Part shown: one piece after another, positions 9,092 through 18,492 of the stretch
Position numbering within the stretch: the first letter of the stretch is position 1
Layout of the letters: each line of letters begins with the position of its first letter
Source of the DNA: an uncultured Dehalococcoidia bacterium
GTDB taxonomy: Bacteria > Chloroflexota > Dehalococcoidia > Lucifugimonadales > UBA2962
Assembly: GCA_964637315.1 (NCBI GenBank)
Contig: CAZWTT010000002.1
Location: forward strand, 129,667-193,666
Direction of reading: 5' to 3'
Length of the DNA stretch: 64,000 nucleotides
Notes under the pieces: model-generated
What the model saw: only the letters and a program-made list of their open reading frames with translations
Told to the model about the DNA's origin: nothing
Databases searched by the model: none
Translations under genes and position numbers: made by a program

Positions 9092-10399
9092 ATGGCAACT
9101 GAATTGACCATGCCCCAGATGGGCTACGACATGCAGGAGGGCACCGTCGTCCGATGGCTGAAGTCGGAGGGCGCGGAGGTCGAGAAGGGCGAGGTAATCG
9201 CCGAGATCGAGACCGACAAGGCCGTCGTGGAGTTCCAGTCCTACGCCGACGGCCTGCTCCGGCGCATTCTTGTCGCCGAGGGTGGAACCGTGCCGGTCGG
9301 TCAGGCCATCGCTGTGGTGGGTGAAGAGGGCGAGGAGATCTCTGTAACCGAGGTCGTCGCCGAAGGGCTGTCCGAGCCGGCCGGCGCTGTGCCGCTGCCC
9401 GTGGTTCCTAGGGCCCCGTCGGACGACGGCGTCGCTCCCGCCGACGCCGATTCCCCCGGCGCCCCGACGACCGACGTCGGTCGTGTGAGAGCCTCCCCGG
9501 TGGCTCGCAAGATAGCCGATGAGCGCGGCGTCGACCTGATCCAGATCGTCGGAACCGGACCCGGAGGCCGCATAACCAGGGAGGACGTCGAGGGTCACGT
9601 GCCCGATCCGGCGGCATCGCCGACGGCGCCGGAAACCCCGATCCCGCTGGTGGCCCCGTCTGCTCCATCTGATCCGGCGCCATCTCCCGTGTCGGAGCGG
9701 TCCGGCGCGCTGGAGAGTGGCATGGCCCCCCTGAGCCGCATGAGACAGCAGATCGCCCGGGTCACCGTCCGCTCCAAGACCGAGGCGCCGCACTTCTACG
9801 TCTCCACGGAAGTGGACATGACTCAGGCCATGGAGATGCGCCAACAGGTCAACCGCAGCCCCGATTTCGAGGGGGCCAAGGTCTCAGTCAACGATCTGAT
9901 ACTGAAGGCGTGCATAGGTGCGCTGAAGAGTCATCCCAAGTTCAACGCCACTTTCACTCTTGATGGCATCCAGATGCACGAGTACATCAACATTGGCATG
10001 GCCATCGCCGAGGACGAGGGCCTCATCGTGCCCGCCGTCAGGGACGCTCACGACATGTCCCTCAAGCAGCTGGCCATCGCCAGCAGAGACCTGGCCGAAC
10101 GGTCTAGGAGCGGAGCGCTGACCGCCGACGAATACACCAGCGGCACGTTCACCGTGAGTAACCTCGGCATGTTCGATGTCAGCGGGTTCGCGGCCATCAT
10201 CCACCCGCCCCAATCCGCCGTCGTGGCCGTTGGCTCGGTGGCCAAAAAACCGGTCGTGCGTGGCAACAAGGTCGAGGTCGCCGACGTCATGACCGCGACC
10301 CTGTCGGCGGATCACAGGATCGTCGACGGGGCCGAGGGTGCGCTCTTCATCGGTGAGGTCAAGTCGATTCTGGAAAACCCATATCAACTACTCGTGTAA
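9092..10399 (+). CDS. Dihydrolipoamide acyltransferase (E2)
   Basis: Lipoyl domain EIETDKAVVEF, E3-binding domain SPVARKIADERGVDL and catalytic DHRIVDG. Start chosen at MATELTMPQMG. Confidence 0.85.
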   Translation: MATELTMPQMGYDMQEGTVVRWLKSEGAEVEKGEVIAEIETDKAVVEFQSYADGLLRRILVAEGGTVPVGQAIAVVGEEGEEISVTEVVAEGLSEPAGAVPLPVVPRAPSDDGVAPADADSPGAPTTDVGRVRASPVARKIADERGVDLIQIVGTGPGGRITREDVEGHVPDPAASPTAPETPIPLVAPSAPSDPAPSPVSERSGALESGMAPLSRMRQQIARVTVRSKTEAPHFYVSTEVDMTQAMEMRQQVNRSPDFEGAKVSVNDLILKACIGALKSHPKFNATFTLDGIQMHEYINIGMAIAEDEGLIVPAVRDAHDMSLKQLAIASRDLAERSRSGALTADEYTSGTFTVSNLGMFDVSGFAAIIHPPQSAVVAVGSVAKKPVVRGNKVEVADVMTATLSADHRIVDGAEGALFIGEVKSILENPYQLLV

Positions 10400-10417
10400 G
10401 ACGCCGAGGCCAGTCGT

Positions 10418-11218
10418 TTGCAACTGATCAAAGAGCCGAGCGTCTACCTGACCACACGGACTGCCGTGAACTGGGACGCGATCGCCGAGTTTCTCACGGC
10501 CGAGGGAGTCCCCCCGATACCGGAGAGCATCCGTGCTGGCGACGACGAGTCGGCCGCGGTCGTCGAGGTCGCGGCCCGTATGTGTTACATGAGCTACGGC
10601 CGGGGTCGCCGCGACATCGCGGAGTTTGTAAACAACCTCCTGTCTTCAAAGGACGGTAGCGTTTTCGAGCACGTCAACTATGGCTTCGTGGTCACCGGCG
10701 TGTCGCGCAGCCTCACCCACGAACTGGTTCGTCACAGGGCCGGGTTTGCCTACTCCCAGCGCTCACAGCGCTACGTCGACGAGGCTAGTGCGGCCTTCGT
10801 GGTGCCGCCGGCGCTGGCACGGGAGGTGGGGGACGTTGAGACGGCCGTCCGGGTGTTCGAGAAGGCGATGGAGGTGGCCTCCTCCAGCTATGATGAACTG
10901 GTCGCCGATCTGGAAAAGACACTTCCCGGAGACCTGTTTGAGCTTAAGACCGATCGCCGCAAAGCGATCAGGCAGGCGGCCCGATCCGTGCTTCCCAACG
11001 CCACCGAGACCAAGATATTCATCACCGCCAACGTCCGCGCCTGGCGCCACTTCATCGAGATGCGAGGTGCGTCCTACGCTGACTGGGAGATCAGGAGCCT
11101 CGCCCTCCGCATTCTGGCCCTGCTGGAGGAGGAGGCGCCCCTGCTGTTCGGCGACTTCACCGTCGAGCAGCTCCCCGACGGCACCTCCATAGCCACCCCA
11201 CTCTATTCCAAGGTCTGA
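10418..11218 (+). CDS. thyX: FAD-dependent thymidylate synthase
   Basis: ThyX motif RHRAGFAYSQRSQRY (RHR-x7-S-x-R type). TTG start with GAGG about 8 nt upstream. Confidence 0.85.
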   Translation: MQLIKEPSVYLTTRTAVNWDAIAEFLTAEGVPPIPESIRAGDDESAAVVEVAARMCYMSYGRGRRDIAEFVNNLLSSKDGSVFEHVNYGFVVTGVSRSLTHELVRHRAGFAYSQRSQRYVDEASAAFVVPPALAREVGDVETAVRVFEKAMEVASSSYDELVADLEKTLPGDLFELKTDRRKAIRQAARSVLPNATETKIFITANVRAWRHFIEMRGASYADWEIRSLALRILALLEEEAPLLFGDFTVEQLPDGTSIATPLYSKV

Positions 11219-11225
11219 GCGGCGC

Positions 11226-11993
11226 ATGGACCGGTTCGAGGGCAGGGTCGCCGTGGTCACTGGGGCCAGCTCTGGCATCGGCGAGGCGACCGCTGAGGCC
11301 TTTGCACGCGAGGGTGCCGCGGTAACATTGGCGGCCCGCCGAGAGCATGAAGGCCGGATGGTGGCCGACCGCATCACCGCAGCCGGTGGCCGCGCCATAT
11401 TCGTCCGCACTGATGTCAGCGACCGAGACCAGGTCAAGAACCTTATCGGAAGGACCGTCGAACAATTCGGCCGCCTCGACTATGGCGTCAACAACGCCGG
11501 CATCGAGGGGGCCCGTGCCCCGACGGCCGACTACCCGCTGGACGAGTGGGACCGGGTCTGCGGTGTGAACCTAACCGGGATTTTCCTGTGCATGAAGTAC
11601 CAGATACCTCACATTCTCAGTGACGCCGGTGGTGACGGGGCTATAGTAAACGTCGCGTCGGGGAACGGACTTGTCGGGGGAGCAAATGTCTCTCCCTATA
11701 TCGCAAGCAAGCACGCGGCGGTCGGTTTAACAAAGACCGCAGCTCTGGAGTATGCTCCCCTTGGACTGCGCATCAACGCCCTGTGCACATCCAGCGTGGC
11801 CACGCCAATGCAGGACCGCATATTCGGGGGAGACACCCCGGAGGTTTTGGCGAAGGTGGCCGATATGCACCCCAGCGGCACCATCTCCACGCCGGAGGAG
11901 TGCGCGGGCGCCATTATGTGGCTGTGCTCGGGCGCGGCGTCCTACGTAACCGGCTGTGCCTACGTCATGGACGGGGGCTGGCTCGCTCGCTGA
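11226..11993 (+). CDS. Short-chain dehydrogenase/reductase
   Basis: TGASSGIG cofactor motif, NNAG and Y-x3-K (SPYIASKHA). Confidence 0.8.
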   Translation: MDRFEGRVAVVTGASSGIGEATAEAFAREGAAVTLAARREHEGRMVADRITAAGGRAIFVRTDVSDRDQVKNLIGRTVEQFGRLDYGVNNAGIEGARAPTADYPLDEWDRVCGVNLTGIFLCMKYQIPHILSDAGGDGAIVNVASGNGLVGGANVSPYIASKHAAVGLTKTAALEYAPLGLRINALCTSSVATPMQDRIFGGDTPEVLAKVADMHPSGTISTPEECAGAIMWLCSGAASYVTGCAYVMDGGWLAR

Positions 11994-12120
11994 GCCTCGC
12001 CCCGGGCTCGTGTTTCTGTTGCCGAGCCCCGTGAATATCCCCACGTCCATTCCCAGAATGATGACCTCGTCGCCCGCTTGGCCGTCGACGCCTCCCAATC
12101 CTACTGCCGCGACTCCACCC

Positions 12121-13641
12121 CTATTCGGTGTTGCGGTTTGGGCCGGGGTTCAGTCTCCGGCCCGTTTCGGCCTCTTGTCGGTCCATGGCGTCGCTGCGCG
12201 ATCGGCTCCAGGCCATAAACAGAGCTGGCACGATGGCGACGGAACTGACCACCACGGCGATTATGAAGAACTCGACGAAGAGTCCCATCCCGATGCCGCT
12301 CACAACCTGCTCGTAGTCGGCGAACCGTGCGCTGGTGACCTCCGTCGCCTCTCCGGCGGTTGGCAGCGGGAGGGGCAAGTCCGAGACGAGTATCGAGAAC
12401 CGCTGTGCTCCCCACGCCGTGATTGCGGCCAGTCCGAAGGTCATTCCCAGCAGACGCATGGCCGTAACCAGTCCGGCGGCCGCGCCCCTGTCGCCGTGGC
12501 TCACCGGCTCCGTCGCACCCAGCGCGATGGGGGCTATCAGCAAGCCGAATCCAAGACCGGTCGTGGCTAGGTGAATCGTCATTTGGGGATCGCCGATGTC
12601 CAGTTCCCAGGTGCTCATCAGACCGTACCCCAGGGCGACGAGCGCCAGCCCCAGCACCGTCGGAATACGGTAGTCCATGCGCTGGGCGGCCATGCCTCCC
12701 AGTACCGCCCCTATGGGCATCGCCACCGTCATCCGCATCAACCGCAGACCTCCCTCCAGTGCCGAGTGACCCATCAGGTAGGTGGTCATGTATGGAATCG
12801 ACACCATGCCGATGATGAGGGCCACCCCGATCAACAGGTGACCGAAATTCGCTGTGACGACTGTAATACTGCGGAACATGGAATTGGGTAGCAGTGTGAC
12901 CGGGCCGGTTCGCTGACGGTACACGAAGGCGGCCAGCGCCGCGCAGGCCAGCAAAAAGTACCCGGTCATCGCTGGGTCGAGGCGGTCGATGCGGGAGAGC
13001 CCGAGGGTCAGCGAGGCGAGTGACAGGGCCAAGAATACGCCTCCCACGTAATCGATCTTCGATTTGAGCCTCTGACTCGGCCCGAGCAGCATGAACAGGG
13101 TGATGAGCACGATTACCCCCAGCGGGATGTTCATCCAGAACACCCACGGCCAGCTCAGGAAACGCCCGACCAGCCCACCCCACAACGGGCCGATCACTCC
13201 GCCAGCCTCCGCGGAACCGCCGACCAGTCCCAGTGCCAACCCTCTGTTACCTCTCGGGAACAGGTCGCCGACGATGGCGATGGCGATCGGCAGCATCGCG
13301 CCCGCTCCCATGGCCTGGAAGACCCTGAAGACAATGAACGAGGACAGGTTGGGGGCGAGCGCGGTTGCCACCGACCATCCCATGAACAGCACCATGGCCC
13401 CGGCGAACATGCGTCGGTGCCCAAATGCGTCCGACATGGAACCGACCAGGGGCATCGCTGCCACGTAGCCAAGGAGGTAGGCGGTGATCGTCCACGACGC
13501 CTTGTCCAGTTCCGTGGGGGGAATGCGAAAGTCCAGCATTATGTCCTGGAGCACGGTGACGATCACCGTCTGGTCGTCGGCGGCGGCGAACACTCCGAGA
13601 CAAACGGGAATAAGCGCCACGTACGGTGAGGTCTGACGCAC
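12121..13641 (-). CDS. MFS transporter, 14-TM drug:H+ antiporter (DHA2/P55-like)
   Basis: 506 aa, hydrophobic throughout, with an MFS motif region (GSMSDAFGHRRM). Confidence 0.8.
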   Translation of the reverse strand: MRQTSPYVALIPVCLGVFAAADDQTVIVTVLQDIMLDFRIPPTELDKASWTITAYLLGYVAAMPLVGSMSDAFGHRRMFAGAMVLFMGWSVATALAPNLSSFIVFRVFQAMGAGAMLPIAIAIVGDLFPRGNRGLALGLVGGSAEAGGVIGPLWGGLVGRFLSWPWVFWMNIPLGVIVLITLFMLLGPSQRLKSKIDYVGGVFLALSLASLTLGLSRIDRLDPAMTGYFLLACAALAAFVYRQRTGPVTLLPNSMFRSITVVTANFGHLLIGVALIIGMVSIPYMTTYLMGHSALEGGLRLMRMTVAMPIGAVLGGMAAQRMDYRIPTVLGLALVALGYGLMSTWELDIGDPQMTIHLATTGLGFGLLIAPIALGATEPVSHGDRGAAAGLVTAMRLLGMTFGLAAITAWGAQRFSILVSDLPLPLPTAGEATEVTSARFADYEQVVSGIGMGLFVEFFIIAVVVSSVAIVPALFMAWSRSRSDAMDRQEAETGRRLNPGPNRNTE

Positions 13642-13719
13642 TCTCCGCTACGCTCTCGGGCTCTTCGTTTTAACGCTCATCGCTTCGGGAAACGGCCGGG
13701 GCCGTGGGACATGGTCGAT

Positions 13720-14436
13720 TTACGGTATGTTGGGGGCTTCGATGGTGACCGGCTCGTCGAAGCGAGACAGCGTCACCACCCGCACCGTGTCCGGCGTGTC
13801 GCTGAGGGTCACCTGTCCGATGAATCGCACCAGCTTGAGATGCAGGCTGCCCGCGTCGATCTCCACCTCTATGTCCACGATCCCGCCCTCGACAGTGGCC
13901 CCCATCAAGGCCTCCAGGGAGCCGACCGGCACCTTGCCGGTGAGCTTGTACAGGTCCGGTTCGGATGCCACGAAAGCGGCCCCCGTCACCTCGTCCAAAA
14001 CGGAGGATACCCCCTCCTTGGGATTGAAGAATTGGATCGGCGAGACGGTCGCGTCGATCTCCTGCCACTCCCCCGTAAGAGGGTTGGTCATGTAGTTGGC
14101 GTCCCCGATGGCGATCAGCTTGGCGTTGATCGGAATGTTGCCGAACAGCCCGGAGAACTCGCAGTAGAGCCTGTCGGGGGGCTGCACGTCGCCAAACACC
14201 TCCTCCACTTCGACGCCGGGTAGGAACTCGGTGGTGCCCACCTCGTGCGTCATCTCGAAGCGGAACGTCGCAAGGCCCGCCATCAGGTTGGCGGAGCGGC
14301 TGAGCACCTCAGCCTCTGTCAAAGGTTCCGCCGTCGGCACCGGAGTAGCGACCGGCTCAGACCCGCCGCAAGCCGAAGCGACGATGGCGAGACCCACCGT
14401 TGAAATGACCAAGGCTATTAACTTTAGGCGCCGCAT
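13720..14436 (-). CDS. Lipoprotein, LppX/LprAFG (LprG-like) family candidate
   Basis: Signal peptide plus lipobox (LAIVASAC|GG). About 238 aa with an overall LprG-like pattern. Immediately upstream of the MFS pump. Confidence 0.55.
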   Translation of the reverse strand: MRRLKLIALVISTVGLAIVASACGGSEPVATPVPTAEPLTEAEVLSRSANLMAGLATFRFEMTHEVGTTEFLPGVEVEEVFGDVQPPDRLYCEFSGLFGNIPINAKLIAIGDANYMTNPLTGEWQEIDATVSPIQFFNPKEGVSSVLDEVTGAAFVASEPDLYKLTGKVPVGSLEALMGATVEGGIVDIEVEIDAGSLHLKLVRFIGQVTLSDTPDTVRVVTLSRFDEPVTIEAPNIP

Positions 14437-14510
14437 AACTCGCTTATCTTATCCTTATGCTGGGCAATTTCAGTTCGCGTTGAAATTTGTACCTGCGAGG
14501 GGAGACGCAA

Positions 14511-14540
14511 AGAGGCCCCGCCGTTTGCGGCGGGGCCTCT
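14511..14540 (-). terminator. Intrinsic-terminator-like hairpin downstream of 14566..15729
   Basis: Perfect 13-bp GC-rich stem agaggccccgccg/cggcggggcctct with a 4-nt loop. Only a short TTT follows on the minus strand. Confidence 0.55.
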
Positions 14541-14565
14541 CGATTGCTTCAAATAGCCGGTGCTG

Positions 14566-15729
14566 TTACCGGTCGTTTCGGACGCGCCTACTCCTCAGCA
14601 CCATGGCGCCACCGCCGAGAATCAAGAGTGCCGCGGCCGCCAAGGCAAACAGCGCCATGGTCGCGACCGACTCGTCACCGGTGTTGGACAGGCCAATACC
14701 GAGTTCGGGACCGATCGGCTTCAGGCCGCCCTCGGCCATGGTGTAGGTGGCCATCAACTGAGCGGCCACATAGGCCTGGTCGGCTCCGCCCTCGGTGCCG
14801 CCGGAGGCTATAGTGCCGTCAGCGTTGGAATCGATGCCATGAAGAGCGCTGTTCAGAAGGCCGACCACCGTAATGCTGTTGAGCTTTGCGGCGAAGAGAC
14901 TGCTCTGCGCCAGGGACACCAGCGCCTGGTCTCGAGCGGCGATGGTCCACTCCTCGGCGTTCCCGCCGTTGGCCTCGACAAGCGCGGCGTTGACGGAGAA
15001 AATGAGCTCGTCCACCTCGGTCGCCGCGAAAGAGGCATGCTCTCGGTCGGCGGCATGGAGCAGCACACCGGAGCCGTCGCCCGGGTTATCGAACGAACTA
15101 TCGAAGTTGGCCCCGCCCTCACCCTCAATGATGTTGATCACGTGGTGGATATGGAGCTGTACCTCTTCGAGCGTGGTGGAATCAACCGCCAACTGGGCGT
15201 GGTCGATAGACAACTGGAGCTGCGTCTTGAGGTTGGTCAAGACACCGGCATCGGATCCCGGCGGCCAGGCGGTCAACAGGTGTCTGATGTGGGCCATCCC
15301 CGCCAACGGGATTCTGTGGCTGAACGCGGACACGCCAGACGATGCGGAATCGGCGTCGGGCGAAGGCTCAACGGTGACCACGAACTTGTTGTAGCCCGCG
15401 GCGAGGTCCTCACCGTCGGCGGAAACGAAGACGTGGGCGATGGTGCCGTCAGTGGCTACCGCCATTACGCCCGTGCTTAACTCAGCCGAGCCGTCATCGG
15501 AGACAAGCCAGCCTTCGAGGGCCGTGCCTGCGGCCTGTGCTGGCACGTCCTTCATGGCGATGGTTACGGTGTCACTCAGGCTGGCACCGTCCGAAATTAT
15601 GGCGGTCCCGGACGCTCCCGCCGATATCGATACGGGTTCCTGGGCCATTGCTAGGCCCGTGGGAAGCGCCATGGACAGCAAAAGAGCCAGGAGGGTTGCG
15701 ACCCTGGCTCCAGGTCTCTTAATGGTCAT
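14566..15729 (-). CDS. Secreted protein with an RskA-like N-terminal domain, a His-rich helical region and a C-terminal LSNTG + TM + basic-tail sorting signal
   Basis: Signal peptide (LLALLLSMALPTGLAMA). The segment LEGWLVSDDG...KFVVTVEPSP parallels the neighbouring anti-sigma C-terminus (YQAWLVKDG...IMITVEPAGG). The C-terminus is LSNTGDESVATMALFALAAAALLILGGGAMVLRSRRVRNDR. Confidence 0.5.
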   Translation of the reverse strand: MTIKRPGARVATLLALLLSMALPTGLAMAQEPVSISAGASGTAIISDGASLSDTVTIAMKDVPAQAAGTALEGWLVSDDGSAELSTGVMAVATDGTIAHVFVSADGEDLAAGYNKFVVTVEPSPDADSASSGVSAFSHRIPLAGMAHIRHLLTAWPPGSDAGVLTNLKTQLQLSIDHAQLAVDSTTLEEVQLHIHHVINIIEGEGGANFDSSFDNPGDGSGVLLHAADREHASFAATEVDELIFSVNAALVEANGGNAEEWTIAARDQALVSLAQSSLFAAKLNSITVVGLLNSALHGIDSNADGTIASGGTEGGADQAYVAAQLMATYTMAEGGLKPIGPELGIGLSNTGDESVATMALFALAAAALLILGGGAMVLRSRRVRNDR

Positions 15730-15844
15730 TTAGCTGGTAACCCCCTGTTTTTGGCAAAACGACTACAAAGCCTCGCCGACGACAAAAAGGTATCACAAGC
15801 GCGCGGCGTGGCCTAGGCTTGGCGGGGGAATTTTAGCACAAATA

Positions 15845-16891
15845 CTAAAGATCGCCCACGAGGACATGGTCGCCCGTCGGATCGCTGCTGCCGCCGGCCG
15901 GCTCGACGGTGATCATAATGGCGTCGAATTCACCCACCGGAACTACCAGTTGGAGAACCGTTTGGCCGTACCCAGACGCGTCGACGGTGAACGTCCCGAC
16001 GCCGGTGCGCAGGCCGTCCTTGACCAACCAGGCCTGGTATACTCGATCCTCTGGCAGGGGTGGCAGGTCGAACACGGCAAGAAGGCCGATACGGCCGTCA
16101 TTGGACATGAACATCATGCCCCGTGCCGACGCCGATCGCTGGGACGACCAGAGCATGTTCACCGACCGATCCGGGACGGCGGCCATGTAGGTCAGGGTTC
16201 GCTGCTCCTTGACCATGTCCATCATCTCTGACTCGTTTGCGGTGACCGTTTGCACCAGACCGGCCAATTCGGTCTGTTGCTCCACCACTTCAGCGAGCAT
16301 TTCGTCGACCTGTGCCATCGTCGACGATTCCTCCTCAACCGCGGCGGCCAGCTCTTGCCGCTCGACCGCATCCTCCTCGACCCTGTCGCCCACAACCTGC
16401 AACTCTTCCCGGGTCGCCGTCTCCTGCAGCGCCAGTGCCTCGATCGTCTGGACCAGTTCGGCCGCGTCGCTTTCGATCGACCCGAGTCGACCGTCCAGCC
16501 ACACCCCACCGACCACGAGCAGCGCGATCGCCACCACCCCAAAGCCCATCGCCGGATGGGTCCAGCGGCTAGCGAGTAACGCCTCCAGTCCGTGGACGGA
16601 GCCGCCTGCACCCTGCTCTTGTGGTGCCATTTGGGCCGCATTCGGCTGCCGACCGGTCTCGGACGCAATGGCAGCGTCTACCCGGGCGAACAGCGCCCCG
16701 GTCACCCGGTCGGGAACAGGCACCCGTTCCACTCTGGCGGCCAGTGACGCGAGACTGTCGGCCGCCTCGGCCAGTTCCGGGTGAACCTCCGGGCATTCGT
16801 CCAGATGTGCTTCAAACTCGACGCGTTCATCTTCGCGAAGGGCCCCTAGGACGTAGAACTCGTAGTCGTAGTTGATTCGCTTGCAGTTCAT
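15845..16891 (-). CDS. Anti-sigma factor (RskA family; degenerate zinc-binding N-terminus, one TM)
   Basis: N-terminal HLDECPEVH (ZAS-like), central TM (GFGVVAIALLVVGGVWL) and C-terminal RskA-like domain YQAWLVKDG...ITVEPAGGS. Lies downstream of the ECF sigma. Confidence 0.75.
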   Translation of the reverse strand: MNCKRINYDYEFYVLGALREDERVEFEAHLDECPEVHPELAEAADSLASLAARVERVPVPDRVTGALFARVDAAIASETGRQPNAAQMAPQEQGAGGSVHGLEALLASRWTHPAMGFGVVAIALLVVGGVWLDGRLGSIESDAAELVQTIEALALQETATREELQVVGDRVEEDAVERQELAAAVEEESSTMAQVDEMLAEVVEQQTELAGLVQTVTANESEMMDMVKEQRTLTYMAAVPDRSVNMLWSSQRSASARGMMFMSNDGRIGLLAVFDLPPLPEDRVYQAWLVKDGLRTGVGTFTVDASGYGQTVLQLVVPVGEFDAIMITVEPAGGSSDPTGDHVLVGDL

Positions 16892-16989
16892 AGCTCTATT
16901 AGTTGCTAACGCAGCGCTCGGCCAAGCGGATTTCCGGTCTAGAGATTGGGTAACACTCCATTTTCCGGTTCGGGTCGATGCTCATGGTG

Positions 16990-17631
16990 CTAGCCCATCA
17001 CCTTGCGTCCGACGGTCTCCCTAAGCTTTTTCAGCGCGAGCCTCATCCGCGTCTTCACCGTCCCCAGTGGCTGCTCCAGTCGCGCGGCGATCTCGGTGTG
17101 GGTCAATCCACCGAAGTAGGCGAGTTCCACCACCACCCGTTGTTCGGGTCTGAGCGTCTTGAGCGTCTCGTCGAGCACCCCTCGTTGGAACTGCGCGGTG
17201 GAGAATCGGACGGGATCGCTGACGTCGTCCGAGGGGACGTCGAGAGTTTTCACCTCGCGTGAGGAGCGCTGCTGCTCCCGGCGCCTGCGCCGCCTGATCT
17301 CGTCGATCGCGCGGTGGTGGACGATGCTGAACAGCCAGGCTGTAACCTTGCCTCGGCCTTTCTTGTAGCCACCGGCCCGGCGCCAGACGTTGAAGAATGC
17401 GTCCTGGGTCACCTCTTCCGCCGCACCGGGATCCCTCAGAATCTTAACGGCGAACGAGTGGGCGGCCGTCGAATATCGTCGATACAGTTCCGCGAGGGCG
17501 TCGCGCCTCCGCTTGGCTATCAGGCCCAGCAGATCATCGTCACTCAGGTCTCCCGGTTCCGGTGCTCGGTCAGTCACTGGGGCCAGATTATATTCGCATT
17601 GGTGGCCGCGCCGACACTTACCGACACGCAC
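16990..17631 (-). CDS. ECF (group 4) RNA polymerase sigma factor
   Basis: Region 2 (VTQDAFFNVWRRAGGY) and region 4 HTH (LAYFGGLTHTEIAARLEQPLGTVKTRMRLAL). GTG start, with an uncertain N-terminus. Confidence 0.85.
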   Translation of the reverse strand: MRVGKCRRGHQCEYNLAPVTDRAPEPGDLSDDDLLGLIAKRRRDALAELYRRYSTAAHSFAVKILRDPGAAEEVTQDAFFNVWRRAGGYKKGRGKVTAWLFSIVHHRAIDEIRRRRRREQQRSSREVKTLDVPSDDVSDPVRFSTAQFQRGVLDETLKTLRPEQRVVVELAYFGGLTHTEIAARLEQPLGTVKTRMRLALKKLRETVGRKVMG

Positions 17632-17700
17632 TCAGGTGTTCGTTTGTACAGCCGAAAGGCGCGTTGACACCCCTTCCAGTCCGCCCATAAACTCACGGCC

Positions 17701-18468
17701 GTGGACAGGCTCTATGGAAAGGTCGCTATCGTGACGGGGGCGGCTGGTGGCATGGGCGCCGCCGAGGCCCGGCTTTTTGCCGAAGAGGGAGCGGTTGTGA
17801 TTGTCGCCGATGTCCAGGACGAACTCGGGCGCGAGGTTGCGCGTGACATAACCAGGGACACAGCCGGGTTTGGCGGGAGCGCCCGCTATCTTCCCCTCGA
17901 TGTCTCCAGTGACGACCAGTGGCGACAGGCCATCGACGACACGCTTGATGCGAACGGCCGTCTCGACGTGCTGGTCAACAACGCCGGCGTCGGAGAGGGA
18001 GGAGACAAGATCACCGCTTTCACCGTCGCGCAGTGGGATCGCATACTCGGCGTCAACGCCACCGGAGTCTTCCTCGGCACCAGGCACGCCGCAAGAGCAA
18101 TGCGACGCACCGGAGGCGGTTCGATAATCAACATCTCCTCCATCTACGGACTGGTGGGAGCGCCCGGAGAGGCGCCGTATCCGGCCTCCAAGGGCGCCGT
18201 CCGTTCCTTCACCAAGGTGGCGGCTGTGCAGTTGGCCCCGGACAACATCCGGGTCAATTCCGTGCATCCAGGCTTCATAGATACTCCTCAGACGAACTGG
18301 ATGATGGTCGATCCGGCCGTCGTCCAAGGCCTGGAAGAGCGCACTCCGTTGGGTCGGATCGCCACCCCCGAGGACGTCGCCTGGGGTGTGCTTTACCTTG
18401 CTAGTGACGAGTCGTCCTATATGACCGGCTCAGAATTCGTTATCGACGGCGGGATAACGGCCCAGTGA
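17701..18468 (+). CDS. Short-chain dehydrogenase/reductase (paralog 1)
   Basis: TGAAGGMG, NNAG and Y-x3-K (APYPASKGA). Confidence 0.85.
   Translation: MDRLYGKVAIVTGAAGGMGAAEARLFAEEGAVVIVADVQDELGREVARDITRDTAGFGGSARYLPLDVSSDDQWRQAIDDTLDANGRLDVLVNNAGVGEGGDKITAFTVAQWDRILGVNATGVFLGTRHAARAMRRTGGGSIINISSIYGLVGAPGEAPYPASKGAVRSFTKVAAVQLAPDNIRVNSVHPGFIDTPQTNWMMVDPAVVQGLEERTPLGRIATPEDVAWGVLYLASDESSYMTGSEFVIDGGITAQ
18115..18278 (+). repeat. Direct repeat copy A (internal segment of SDR paralog 1)
   Basis: 164 nt with 9 mismatches (hand count) against 18916..19079, offset 801 nt. The core 18143..18230 is an 88-nt perfect match. Confidence 0.9.
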
Positions 18469-18492
18469 ACCCGACACTTTGAGGCGACCCCT

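Noticed and set aside
11992-12028. Weak hairpins (gagcc/ggctc, ggctcg/cgagcc) between the convergent SDR and MFS genes, as possible terminators.
   Set aside because: The stems are short (5-6 bp) with alternative overlapping foldings and no clean U-tract. This is not enough for a feature call.
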